IMG/VR virus record: IMGVR_UViG_3300046758_000611
Location: 96,001 to 160,000 of that record
Origin: a virus
DNA length: 64,000 nt
Strand: one strand, 5' to 3'
Positions 19,930 to 29,611 of this stretch are shown here, one piece after another. Within the stretch, counting starts at the first letter, position 1, and each line of letters begins with the position of its first letter. A model generated the notes under the pieces. The model was not told the DNA's origin. It saw only the letters and a list, made by a program, of their open reading frames with translations, and did not search any database. Made by a program: the position numbers and the translations under genes.

Positions 19930-21216
19930 ATGAATTTTAGAAATGTTGAACTTGAATATCCTAAGCCGTTTCACAACGGAAAGAAGTGGGTCTATGCGGA
20001 TAGTCCAATTTACGACAACTTATTAAATTGCTTTTGGGAAACACAACATCCAGAAGACTCATATAAAGATTCACCTAGATTACGTGATCCGTTTAGAAAA
20101 ATAAACAATATGACGAATCAGAAACTTCTTGGTCATAAAGAAGATACATACGAAAAAGTTGATTGGGTGGAAGATGAAAATGGAATTATTCGTGCTTGTA
20201 TTTTATATTTTGATATTCCAAAAATGCACTCTAAGAAAAAGAAAATAGTAAGTTTTACAGGTCGTGAAATTACTTTAAGTGCAAATGATGCGTATATTCA
20301 AGAAGTTGCTTGCTATCCTGGTTACGAAGAATGGTTAGGTAAACTAATTAAAAAGCACGAAGCAAAAGGAAACTTCTTTGAAGAAGGAGTTACAGTCATT
20401 GAATGTGATATGCAACTCAAAAGAATTCGTGAACTTCTTGCATCTATTGGTTATACACGAAAAGATAATCTTATCAGCAGTTTCGCAGATATGTATGGAT
20501 TTTGGTTTAAAGGTGGTGAATACCCACACATAGATCCTGCACAAGAAATTGCCTTACAAAGATTAGCAATGCCGGGTGTTCCAAATCCTAAGAAAATCAT
20601 GGAACAATTAAATAAAGTAAGTTCCGAGTTTTCTAATCATTATTCAAATTACAATAAAAGTGATTCGTGGTCAGGAGTAACAGTATCTGGTTATGGAGGC
20701 GAATGGGATTTTATTATCAAACCAAGTGAAATGAACAACAAGTGGAAAAAGAATAATTCAGAGAAATTAAAATGGAAAGTAGAAGATACTCCACTTCGTG
20801 CAAAACTACCTGCCGTAGAAGAATATTTAAAACTTCTTCCTTATGAATTTGAAAGAATTAGAATTCTTAAACTTGCTGGTGGTGAGGGAGAGTTACAACG
20901 ACACACAGACCGTCAAGACAAAGAAGCAGGTATTTCGGACAACCAATGGGCAAGAGTTCATTTTCCAATTCAAACAAATCCAAAAGTACAATTCACACTT
21001 TGGAACACAGACGGAACAAAAACGGTTGACAAAATGAAAGAAGGAGAATTGTGGTATCTTGATATGAGGAAACCACATACTGCATTTAATGGTGGATCAC
21101 AGGATCGTTATCATCTGGTTGTTGATTTAAAAGCAAATCAAAACTTTAGAGATTGGTTGGTTGAAAGTAGCAAGTTGTATCCACCCACCAAAGATGCTGA
21201 CAATTATATTGAATGA
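19930..21216 (+). CDS. GNAT-like domain fused to an Asp/Asn beta-hydroxylase-type 2OG-Fe(II) oxygenase
   Basis: C-terminal RIRILKL...RHTD (HxD)...RVHFPIQTNP...GELWYLD..KPHT..N...RYHLVVD. The N-terminal AYIQEVACYPGY...LASIGY pattern is GNAT-like (weaker). Confidence 0.75.
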   Translation: MNFRNVELEYPKPFHNGKKWVYADSPIYDNLLNCFWETQHPEDSYKDSPRLRDPFRKINNMTNQKLLGHKEDTYEKVDWVEDENGIIRACILYFDIPKMHSKKKKIVSFTGREITLSANDAYIQEVACYPGYEEWLGKLIKKHEAKGNFFEEGVTVIECDMQLKRIRELLASIGYTRKDNLISSFADMYGFWFKGGEYPHIDPAQEIALQRLAMPGVPNPKKIMEQLNKVSSEFSNHYSNYNKSDSWSGVTVSGYGGEWDFIIKPSEMNNKWKKNNSEKLKWKVEDTPLRAKLPAVEEYLKLLPYEFERIRILKLAGGEGELQRHTDRQDKEAGISDNQWARVHFPIQTNPKVQFTLWNTDGTKTVDKMKEGELWYLDMRKPHTAFNGGSQDRYHLVVDLKANQNFRDWLVESSKLYPPTKDADNYIE

Positions 21217-21683
21217 AAATTTCAGAAGAACGACTGCAAACTATGTATGAGTTAGCAGGTTTAAATAAACAAACTCTACATGATGCTCTTCGTATCATGG
21301 GAAAAAAGCATCTTAAAACAAAGTTGATGAAAGAAGGATGGACACACGACAATCCAACTAAAAACTATTGTTATGTAATTGCAGAATTTGTTTATTATTA
21401 TTTATCACCAAGAGGGTCTAAACCATATAAGTTACCTGGCATACCAGGAGACGATGGATTGCATCGTTTTATTATGTGGCCAGATTATTCTGTTGTGGAT
21501 TTGGCAGTTGACCAATTTCCTAATTTTGAAGATGTAGATTATACAAAAGCAAAAATATGCTATTTTATGGTAAATACATTCGGAGTACCTGGACCATCAA
21601 AACGAACAAGAATTTTAGCAGAACTCATGGGATATGAGTTATCAGAAGAACGAGCAATTAAAGTAAATACAAAATCATGGTAA
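21213..21683 (+). CDS. putative papain/transglutaminase-like Cys-His-Asp protein
   Basis: NPTKNYCYVIAE (Cys at a helix start)...LHRFI (His)...VVDLAVDQF (Asp). Confidence 0.5.
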   Translation: MKISEERLQTMYELAGLNKQTLHDALRIMGKKHLKTKLMKEGWTHDNPTKNYCYVIAEFVYYYLSPRGSKPYKLPGIPGDDGLHRFIMWPDYSVVDLAVDQFPNFEDVDYTKAKICYFMVNTFGVPGPSKRTRILAELMGYELSEERAIKVNTKSW

Positions 21684-22504
21684 TGTTATCAAAATTTATA
21701 GAATCAGTATACGAAGACAACACAGGTAATATGTGGAGTGAAGATCAATTGTTAAATTTGGTTAAAGATTGGGAAGACCCAAATCCAAAACCTATTATTA
21801 TGAACTACGAAGGAATTGATGTGGTTAGAGATGATCTTCTAAATCACGGTAGTAAAATTCGTTTCGTAGATAAACTTATTCGTGAAACTTCTGCAAAAGA
21901 AATTGTATTTGGGTGTTGCCCTGCAACAGGTTATGCACAAATATCTTTACCAGCAGTTGCACAGAAATACAACAAAAAAGTTGTATTGTTTATGGCAAAA
22001 CGCAATCCAGAAAACTATCATGAATATCAAAAAAGAGGAATGGACTTGGGTGCTATATACGAGTGGGTAAATATGGGAATGTTATCAGTTACAAAATCAA
22101 GAGCAAAAAAATATGTAGCAGAGGACCCAGAAAATAGAATGGAATTTCCAATCGGATTAGAACACCCAACGGTTGTAGCAAGTATTATTAAAGTTGCAAG
22201 AAATGCTTTATCCGAAAATCCACCAAGTGAAATTTGGAGTGTTGGATCAAGTGGAACAATTAGTCGTGGTTTACAACTTGCTTTTCCTGAGATACCTGTT
22301 AATGTAGTATCTGTTGGACACAAAATGAACGAAAGAGAAATAGGACGAGCAAAATATTACAGATCAGAATATCAGTTTGATAAGGCAATAAAGGAAAATG
22401 AAATGCCACCATTTCCATCTGCCCCAACATATGATGCCAAAGCATGGAAGTTTGTAAAAGAACACGCAAAAGAAGGTGCTTTGTTTTGGAATGTAGGTGC
22501 ATAA
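21677..22504 (+). CDS. PLP-dependent enzyme, fold type II (ACC deaminase-like; resembles phage base-hypermodification PLP enzymes)
   Basis: VVRDDLL..GSKIR (Schiff-base Lys), SVGSSGT phosphate loop, PTYDAKAW and LFWNVG. Alternative start at 21683. Confidence 0.85.
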   Translation: MVMLSKFIESVYEDNTGNMWSEDQLLNLVKDWEDPNPKPIIMNYEGIDVVRDDLLNHGSKIRFVDKLIRETSAKEIVFGCCPATGYAQISLPAVAQKYNKKVVLFMAKRNPENYHEYQKRGMDLGAIYEWVNMGMLSVTKSRAKKYVAEDPENRMEFPIGLEHPTVVASIIKVARNALSENPPSEIWSVGSSGTISRGLQLAFPEIPVNVVSVGHKMNEREIGRAKYYRSEYQFDKAIKENEMPPFPSAPTYDAKAWKFVKEHAKEGALFWNVGA

Positions 22505-22505
22505 T

Positions 22506-24095
22506 ATGAAAAAATACTTTTATGAAAAAAACAATCTTGCGGAATGTAGAGTCAATATAACATTCCACGAACTTCTTCAAAAGAATGGAAAAGAATTAGA
22601 AGAGTGGATTGATGAACTTAGAAACTATATTGTTGAAACTTGGGATAACGAAGGTCTTCCTCCGAGAACTGGTAAAAACGAAAAAGACATCATAGCAAAT
22701 TTAAATAAGTTATCAGGATATAATGTATATAAGTTTCAACACACAGACGAAATGGACGGAACAAATACCATCATTAAAAACTTTAATAAGTTCGCAACTG
22801 TGGTTGATCAGTTTTTTCCAACGATGCTTAAAACTAAAATAGGTTCTAGTAAGCATACATCTTGGAGTGTATATGATTGCTTTGCTAATCCAGAGAAACG
22901 AGAAAGTTTCCACACTTGTATGAGAAGAACGGTCCGACGAGATTCATTTTATGCTCACGGAAGAACAATCAAGAAAAATGATTATGATGTTCCGTGTCCA
23001 ACTGAAAACGCAGAAGAGTGGGTTCGTAATTTTGTCAAAGAGAAACATCTACATCCATATAACGACTTTTGGATTATTGAGTTGTTTACAGAAAAAAAGT
23101 TTGATTCATATGAAGCAAGCAGTTTAATGTTAACGGCAAAGCAAATCAAGAAATTATACAAAGAAGGTTTGCTTAAATTAAACAACATTAGAAATTTAGA
23201 AAGAACTGCAAACTTCGGTGACGATATAGAAAATATAAATGATGTAATTATCGAAGACGAAAAAGAAGTACAATTCAAATTCAGTATTCGTTACTACAAC
23301 AAGAACTCAAGAATCTTTCCGTCAGCAATGGAAGCATTTAAACTTGGTCTTAGTCAACCAGCAGTAAACTTTCCTCCGTTGACTGCAAAGTATATTTATC
23401 AGACGTACACAGATCACATTCAAGATAAAAGCAATCTTCATATATATGATCCAAGTGCAGGTTGGGGTGGACGTATTCTAGGTGCTATGTCAGTACACGA
23501 TAGACAAATTCATTATATAGGAACTGATCCAAACACAGACAATTATATAGATGAACTAAATCAAAGTCGTTATGAATATCTTGCCGACTTCTTTAATGAC
23601 AAAACAAACGGAGGTAATCCGTTCTTTGGTCATCGTAACACTTACGATGTTTATCAGAATGGAAGTGAAGAAATTCACAAGAATCCGAGTTTTCAAAAAT
23701 ACAAAGGTAAACTTGATTTGGTTTTTACAAGTCCACCATATTTTAATCGTGAACAATATTCAGCAGATGAATCTCAGAGTTTCAAAAAGTTTCCAGAGTA
23801 TGAAGATTGGAGAGACAACTTTCTTCGTCCTACTTTGAAGACGGCTGCCGAGTATTTGAAGAACGATAGATATCTACTTTGGAATATCGCAGACATCGCA
23901 GACGGAGACGGATTTATGCCATTAGAAAAAGATAGTCGTGATATTCTTGCGGAATATGGACTTGAGTATGTTGAAACTCTTAAAATGCTTATGACAACAA
24001 TGCGTGGTGTTAAAGCAGAAACGGTTAAGAATTGTTGCAAGATAAACGGAGAGTTGCAAAAGTATGAACCTATCTTTGTGTTTTACAAGAAGTAA
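22506..24095 (+). CDS. DNA amino (N4C/N6A) methyltransferase-like protein with large N-terminal region
   Basis: YDPSAGWGGR (motif I), YIGTDPN, FTSPPYF (motif IV) and WNIAD. Confidence 0.8.
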   Translation: MKKYFYEKNNLAECRVNITFHELLQKNGKELEEWIDELRNYIVETWDNEGLPPRTGKNEKDIIANLNKLSGYNVYKFQHTDEMDGTNTIIKNFNKFATVVDQFFPTMLKTKIGSSKHTSWSVYDCFANPEKRESFHTCMRRTVRRDSFYAHGRTIKKNDYDVPCPTENAEEWVRNFVKEKHLHPYNDFWIIELFTEKKFDSYEASSLMLTAKQIKKLYKEGLLKLNNIRNLERTANFGDDIENINDVIIEDEKEVQFKFSIRYYNKNSRIFPSAMEAFKLGLSQPAVNFPPLTAKYIYQTYTDHIQDKSNLHIYDPSAGWGGRILGAMSVHDRQIHYIGTDPNTDNYIDELNQSRYEYLADFFNDKTNGGNPFFGHRNTYDVYQNGSEEIHKNPSFQKYKGKLDLVFTSPPYFNREQYSADESQSFKKFPEYEDWRDNFLRPTLKTAAEYLKNDRYLLWNIADIADGDGFMPLEKDSRDILAEYGLEYVETLKMLMTTMRGVKAETVKNCCKINGELQKYEPIFVFYKK

Positions 24096-25841
24096 TTAAA
24101 TAGAACTTGAAAAATCTACTCGGTCTACATCAACTCCGAAAAATTTCATAAGTAGTCTAATTGCTTTTTTACCTTGTGCTACTATAAAGTCAAATGCAGC
24201 GGATATAGCATCTGACACCCATTTCCATGCTTTTTTCAAAACTTCCATAGTTGAATCTTTAAGTTTCTTGAATCCACCTTTTACGTTATCGACACCCTTT
24301 TTTAATAAATCAGTTGCATCACTAAAAAAACCTTCACACATCAATAACCTAAGAGAGTTAAACAATTCCATTTCATTTAGATTTTGGAAATTTTCATTTA
24401 ATACTTTATTTCCACCATCCACTTTATTAAATGCTTCTTTCATGATTGTAGAAAACGTTGGTATATATTTTACTCCATCCTTTTCCTCGGCAAGTCGGTT
24501 CACGGCAGACTCAGCTGCTTTCTTTGCAGTATCAGCTGCTTTCATAATATTACCACGCAGAGCAATATATGGAGTTGATCCAGAACCTGTTTTAAACGAA
24601 GCATAAAAGTGACACTTTGATGTCAAATCACTTAATCCTGCTTCGATATCAAAATACTTAGTAACTTTACCAGAGGGAGGATCAAATTCTACAATCGTAT
24701 CAGCACGTGAATCAGATGCAGTACCGAACTTAACATCACCCGAAGCAGCCTCAAACACAAATGCTTCTTTTAATTTAGGATTACTACTAAACTCTTGATT
24801 CAGATTCAACGTAATTACATTTCCTGCCTGTGTTGCATCTTCAACATCTTTTATTTGGTTTTGCATATCTTCAAGTTCTTTTAAAGCTTGTGGTGATCCA
24901 TCGTCTTTTAGTTTTTTTACTTTATCTTTGAATGCATCAATCGTTCCTTTATATCCTGATTTGCTTGTATCAAGCACCCCCGTTTTCAAAGTATTAAAAA
25001 CTTTTTTTAGTTCTGAACTTTCGTTTTCCCCAAATTTTTGGAAAGCAACCTCAAGTGTAGCAAATGCTTCAATTCTTTTGGCACTCATAATTTGAGAACC
25101 ACCTTTCTTTTTCAATGAAATTCGTTGACCACGATCACCCTTAACATCAGTTTTGGGAGTTTTACTTGGTTTATCTTTTTTACCTGCATCTGTGAATATT
25201 TTTGACCACTCGGAACTAACAGGAGCACCCCCCTTTCCACCTCCAATTTGTTGTAAAGCTCCTATTCCCTCTTTAAGAAATGCGTCTGCGAGGTTATTTG
25301 CCTGATCTCTAAGACCAGCCGAACCCCAAAATCCTTTATCGTTAATGCGTTTCCATTCATCTGCATATTCACCACTTGATAAATCTGCATTTTTGTTTTT
25401 CTTAAACGCAAGAGCAACTGCAATCATTGCTTCCCAATCTTCACCAGAAGGTTTCTTTGCACCCTTTACGGTTGACAGATCATTGAATGCTTTTCCTATG
25501 TATGCAGGAACTACACCGAACAGTTGATTTATCTTTCCTTTTTTATTACCCCAATCAACCAGATCATCTTTGTTGTTTGCTTTTAAAAGTTCTGCTTTCA
25601 TTTGTTTCCACAACTTTTTATCTTTAATCTTTAACTTTTTGTTTTTGTTATCTCTAAGATCATTTGAATCTACTTTTGAAATAAACATTTTCTTGTTATC
25701 TCTATGAGAATCAATAGTAAACAGAGTTGCCAATCCACCAAGACCACCATTTTTATCAGATGCTTCGTTTAGTAACTCGGCAAAATCTGTCGGAATCTCA
25801 ACCAAAGATGAATTCTTTATATAATGCTCTATAATGTCCAC
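24096..25841 (-). CDS. hypothetical protein with a restriction-endonuclease-like motif; possibly virion-internal
   Basis: GEDWE...TPKTD...RISLKK resembles an E...PD-(D/E)xK variant. LNE sites occur near both ends, and TATTTAT lies 4 nt upstream of the GTG. Confidence 0.45.
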   Translation of the reverse strand: MDIIEHYIKNSSLVEIPTDFAELLNEASDKNGGLGGLATLFTIDSHRDNKKMFISKVDSNDLRDNKNKKLKIKDKKLWKQMKAELLKANNKDDLVDWGNKKGKINQLFGVVPAYIGKAFNDLSTVKGAKKPSGEDWEAMIAVALAFKKNKNADLSSGEYADEWKRINDKGFWGSAGLRDQANNLADAFLKEGIGALQQIGGGKGGAPVSSEWSKIFTDAGKKDKPSKTPKTDVKGDRGQRISLKKKGGSQIMSAKRIEAFATLEVAFQKFGENESSELKKVFNTLKTGVLDTSKSGYKGTIDAFKDKVKKLKDDGSPQALKELEDMQNQIKDVEDATQAGNVITLNLNQEFSSNPKLKEAFVFEAASGDVKFGTASDSRADTIVEFDPPSGKVTKYFDIEAGLSDLTSKCHFYASFKTGSGSTPYIALRGNIMKAADTAKKAAESAVNRLAEEKDGVKYIPTFSTIMKEAFNKVDGGNKVLNENFQNLNEMELFNSLRLLMCEGFFSDATDLLKKGVDNVKGGFKKLKDSTMEVLKKAWKWVSDAISAAFDFIVAQGKKAIRLLMKFFGVDVDRVDFSSSI

Positions 25842-25867
25842 GACAATAAATATATATCAAAGTAGAT

Positions 25868-27424
25868 TTATTGTATTCTTTCGGGATAATCTGTAAATAC
25901 ACCATTTACACCCAACTCACGCAAATATCTAATAGCACGAAGTTCATTCACGGTATATACATATATTTTCATGTTATTTTCATTACAATACTCAACGATG
26001 GGTGGTGTAATATCTTCTATATACAAATTTACAGAATATATATTTTTTTCAAAGTAGTCTTTCTTAAAATTCTTTATGTCTCTCAGTATGACATTATCTT
26101 CGTGAAATAATTGGGACACATTAATATCGGAATCACTTCGTCTTATCAAATTGACGGTTGCACAACTAAACGAACTTAATACAATATCAACATTCCTCCA
26201 TTGTTTCTTTTTTTGATAATCTCTAACAATAGCAACAATATTAGTTGCAATGCTACTATCCTTAACTTCAATATTAACACCACACCTTCCATCTATGCAA
26301 TCCAATGCTTGTTGCAAAGTGGGAATTCTTTCACAATTAGCATAAATTAATTTATCAAATTCATGTGATTCCAAATCACTCATTTTTTTATCTACACCAA
26401 ACATTCTATTTGCATTGTAATCGTGAAATACACACATTTTCCTATCAATATATTGAACATCAAATTCAATCATATCACAATTATATTCAATTGCTTTTTC
26501 AAACGCAGAAAGTGTATTTTCAGTGCAAGTGCCACTTGCCCCACGATGAGCAATATTAACAAACTTATACTCTTCTATTTCCGAAAAAAATTGTTTTATT
26601 TTACAAAACACACTACATTCTAACCCCTTGTCATAAATTGTAAGATGTGTATTTAATTTTGTTGTATATAATTTTTTGTATGTTGATGCAATCTTTTTGA
26701 AAGCACGAACACCACTACTATAAAAGACAGTAGGATCATTATATTCTTGTATTTGAAACACAGGACACAGAATTCTATCTAATATAGTTTTAGAAACATT
26801 AGACATTTTACGAAGTTCATTTGTTGCGGACAAATTAATTAGTGGTTGATTTAGTTCAGGCATCTCACTATGATTCGTAATACACTCAAGCATTATTTTT
26901 TGTAGATTAAATTTCTTACAAATTTTATTGTAAATCATGACACCTGGTAAAAGTTTATTGAATACATTTTTAACCCCAAACGGGCAATTAATTAAAACCA
27001 TACCCGCAAATCTTACATCTTTTAAAGTAGACACATAAGCACCCACACAACCACCAAGTGAAAATCCTATAAAGTAAACTTTATCACACTCATTAGAAAC
27101 TTTTTCATATTTACTTTTTACGTCATCTACCCAATCATTCCAAGTCACTTTTGTAATATTATCAGAATCGTATCCGTGACCACGCAATTCAACAAGATGA
27201 GTATCCCATCCGAAATTTTCAAAAACAAAATCACTAAGAGGGACCATTTGTTCGTGCTTTGATAAAAAACCATGACACAAAATAACCCCAACTTTTTGAG
27301 TTGAGGTTTTTTTGACCTTCTTTGATGAAATGCTTTTTTGCATTTCATTTTCCATGCACATATTGTTGTGTTTGCAACTTATTGGATATTTACATTCTTT
27401 TTTTGTGCATTTTTGTGATTCCAT
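25868..27424 (-). CDS. alpha/beta-hydrolase (esterase/lipase) fused to glycerophosphodiester phosphodiesterase
   Basis: N-terminal half: CHGF, LRGHG, GFSLGG, DPTV, late His. C-terminal half: IAHRGASG..ENTL.AF, IEFDV, FHD, NIEVK, VYTVN, GVFTDYP. Confidence 0.9.
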   Translation of the reverse strand: MESQKCTKKECKYPISCKHNNMCMENEMQKSISSKKVKKTSTQKVGVILCHGFLSKHEQMVPLSDFVFENFGWDTHLVELRGHGYDSDNITKVTWNDWVDDVKSKYEKVSNECDKVYFIGFSLGGCVGAYVSTLKDVRFAGMVLINCPFGVKNVFNKLLPGVMIYNKICKKFNLQKIMLECITNHSEMPELNQPLINLSATNELRKMSNVSKTILDRILCPVFQIQEYNDPTVFYSSGVRAFKKIASTYKKLYTTKLNTHLTIYDKGLECSVFCKIKQFFSEIEEYKFVNIAHRGASGTCTENTLSAFEKAIEYNCDMIEFDVQYIDRKMCVFHDYNANRMFGVDKKMSDLESHEFDKLIYANCERIPTLQQALDCIDGRCGVNIEVKDSSIATNIVAIVRDYQKKKQWRNVDIVLSSFSCATVNLIRRSDSDINVSQLFHEDNVILRDIKNFKKDYFEKNIYSVNLYIEDITPPIVEYCNENNMKIYVYTVNELRAIRYLRELGVNGVFTDYPERIQ

Positions 27425-27457
27425 CCTAATACAATATATATTGGACAGAATTCAAAA

Positions 27458-27784
27458 TCAATCCCAATTTCCTTGTGCAGGATACATATCGTAGTTGGAA
27501 TTTAGATAACTATTTTTTTGATCAAGATATTCTTCATACATTTCCTTTTGACGATACTCAGTAAGTTTATCATTCATACGTTTACCCATCCACAATGCCT
27601 CTAATGCCAATTCACGAATTGCTCCGAGATTATATGCTTCGTCTTGGGCATTTTCAAATATCAAACGAACTACATTACATACGGTTCTTTTCTCGTCCAT
27701 ATTAGACGGAACAATGTCTTTTAATGCTTGTTCTCTATCTTCCTTTGAAAAGGGTTTTCCTTTAAATTCTTTTTTATCTGCCAT
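27458..27784 (-). CDS. hypothetical protein
   Basis: MADKKEF... The start was moved to ATG 27784, which has TATTTAT 4 nt upstream. Contains RTVCNVVR...EALWMGKRM..KL. Confidence 0.6.
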   Translation of the reverse strand: MADKKEFKGKPFSKEDREQALKDIVPSNMDEKRTVCNVVRLIFENAQDEAYNLGAIRELALEALWMGKRMNDKLTEYRQKEMYEEYLDQKNSYLNSNYDMYPAQGNWD

Positions 27785-27795
27785 GTCTATAAATA

Positions 27796-28125
27796 TTATA
27801 AAAACTGACTTTTCTTCCAACTTTCTGAGCTTTCTATGTTGATACAAATATCTGCGTTTTCGTAAAAGTTAATTGTAAGTTCATCTCCACATTTAACATC
27901 ATTGATAGTAAACATATGCAAATCTTTGCCGACAATTTTATTTATACAATTATTAGTATTGCTATGATTCTGAAAATTACCAACATCGGTTGCTTCACCA
28001 ACAACAACTTTGTGGTTAATCAATCCAATTCCTATATGACTTAAACCAATATCAGTATTTGCTTTTATATTCTCGGTAGCAATTAAACCGTGTCCGTGAA
28101 TATAAGATTCACTCAGTTTAAACAT
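27796..28125 (-). CDS. SET-domain protein (lysine methyltransferase-like)
   Basis: S.IHGHGLIA...I, NHS...N and GDELTINFY motifs. Confidence 0.8.
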   Translation of the reverse strand: MFKLSESYIHGHGLIATENIKANTDIGLSHIGIGLINHKVVVGEATDVGNFQNHSNTNNCINKIVGKDLHMFTINDVKCGDELTINFYENADICINIESSESWKKSQFL

Positions 28126-29048
28126 TATCTTCCTGCGAAGTCATCCATCTTGAACTTCGTCTTAAACTTTTTGTTAATGTCATCGAGAAACTTCTGAGAT
28201 TCAGGAGCAGTTACTTCACCCCAATCCAAATCACCATCAAATGTTTCAAGACTTCCGTCACGATTCATAGCAACCGACATAAGATGTCCGTTATCAACCA
28301 TAAAGGCAGCCCCATACTTTTCCATAGGAATCATTTTGGCTTTCTTTGCTTCGTTCATATTCAATTTATTTTTTAAATAACCACGAACAAGTTCACGTAA
28401 TTTTGTTTCTTGTTCGGCAAATACCTTACCACTATATTTATCAGATTTCAATTTATATTTCCTTACTATACTAGATAGTGCAGGTGCATTACCTGCAAAG
28501 TGTTTATTTGTTTCTTTGAAAAATGCTAAAAGTGCTTCTTTACCTTTTAAATCCATTTTACTTTTAAGTGCAGATTTAATAGCATCTCCACCTTTGATTA
28601 CTTGCAAACTAACTGGATTAGCATTTGAACCTGTATTCTTTTTAATTTTGTCCAACATTCCTGTAACGGTGCTTCCGATTGCGACAATCAAAGTTTTCAT
28701 TTCAAGGTCTTCTAAATTAGCAGGAAGAATACGAGCATTAAATTTTGCTTCTTTCATTGTATCTTGAAATATCTGCTCTTCCATTGAATACATTTTATTT
28801 GCTTGCCAAGTTTCAAATCGTCCGGCCTCTTTTCCGTTAACCATCCCATGCATAACCCAAGTAAATCTTTTTGAATTTGATTCGGCATCAAGGTCTTTAT
28901 ATTTTTTCTGTGCATCTTTTAGGTTCTTAAACACCTCAACACCACTTCCGTTAGATGTAATTTTTCCATTTTTTACACCAACAACTTGAACAGGCATATT
29001 AGGACGATACCCTTTCCACTCCTCACAAACAATATTTTCGGACTTCAT
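28125..29048 (-). CDS. hypothetical protein, possibly a processed virion-internal protein
   Basis: Start moved to ATG 29048, with TATTTAT 5 nt upstream. Segments are separated by MKE-A and KLRELVR...MNE-A linkers. Confidence 0.5.
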   Translation of the reverse strand: MKSENIVCEEWKGYRPNMPVQVVGVKNGKITSNGSGVEVFKNLKDAQKKYKDLDAESNSKRFTWVMHGMVNGKEAGRFETWQANKMYSMEEQIFQDTMKEAKFNARILPANLEDLEMKTLIVAIGSTVTGMLDKIKKNTGSNANPVSLQVIKGGDAIKSALKSKMDLKGKEALLAFFKETNKHFAGNAPALSSIVRKYKLKSDKYSGKVFAEQETKLRELVRGYLKNKLNMNEAKKAKMIPMEKYGAAFMVDNGHLMSVAMNRDGSLETFDGDLDWGEVTAPESQKFLDDINKKFKTKFKMDDFAGR

Positions 29049-29079
29049 AAATAATAAATATATATCTATAACAAAAAAG

Positions 29080-29265
29080 TTATGGTTTATAATAAACACT
29101 TGCAGTTACCATCAATTGCTTGCCTTCGTATGACTCAGTTGTAATGTTTCTTCCACTTGAACTTGCAATAATTTTTGTTTTCCCACTTGCAGAATCTTTT
29201 GGTTCTTTTTCTATCGGCAAACGAATGACTACTTCATTTGTTTCTTTGTCTATTTCTACTTTCAT
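29080..29265 (-). CDS. small hypothetical protein
   Basis: 61 aa with an SASGKT.IIASS.G motif; lies downstream of the tRNA run. Confidence 0.6.
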   Translation of the reverse strand: MKVEIDKETNEVVIRLPIEKEPKDSASGKTKIIASSSGRNITTESYEGKQLMVTASVYYKP

Positions 29266-29283
29266 TTTGATGCTCCTTTGAAA

Positions 29284-29359
<76 letters not shown>

Positions 29360-29408
29360 AATTATTTATATATAATGTATATATACATATATGTGTATAT
29401 AATAAAAG

Positions 29409-29498
29409 TGGCGGAGGATGCAGGATTCGAACCTGCGGAACCCGTAAGAGTTCAATGGTTTTCAAGACCACCGCCTTAAACCACTCAGCCAATCCTCC
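29409..29498 (-). tRNA. tRNA-Ser(TGA)
   Basis: Anticodon arm GTGGT-CTTGAAA-ACCAT, long variable arm, GCCA end. Confidence 0.97.
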
Positions 29499-29510
29499 AG
29501 TTTTTATTTG

Positions 29511-29601
29511 TGGCGGAGAGAACAGGATTCGAACCTGCGGAAGGATTTATTCCTTCAACGGTTTAGCAAACCGTCGCCTTAAGCCACTCAGCCATCTCTC
29601 C
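29511..29601 (-). tRNA. tRNA-Ser(GCT)
   Basis: Anticodon arm ACGGT-TTGCTAA-ACCGT, long variable arm, GCCA end. Confidence 0.97.
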
Positions 29602-29611
29602 TTACTTAAAT

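Noticed and set aside
19930-21216. TET/JBP-type 5mC dioxygenase
   Set aside because: The motif spacing fits the Asp/Asn beta-hydroxylase-like family, and no C5 cytosine methyltransferase (PC motif) is seen in the window.
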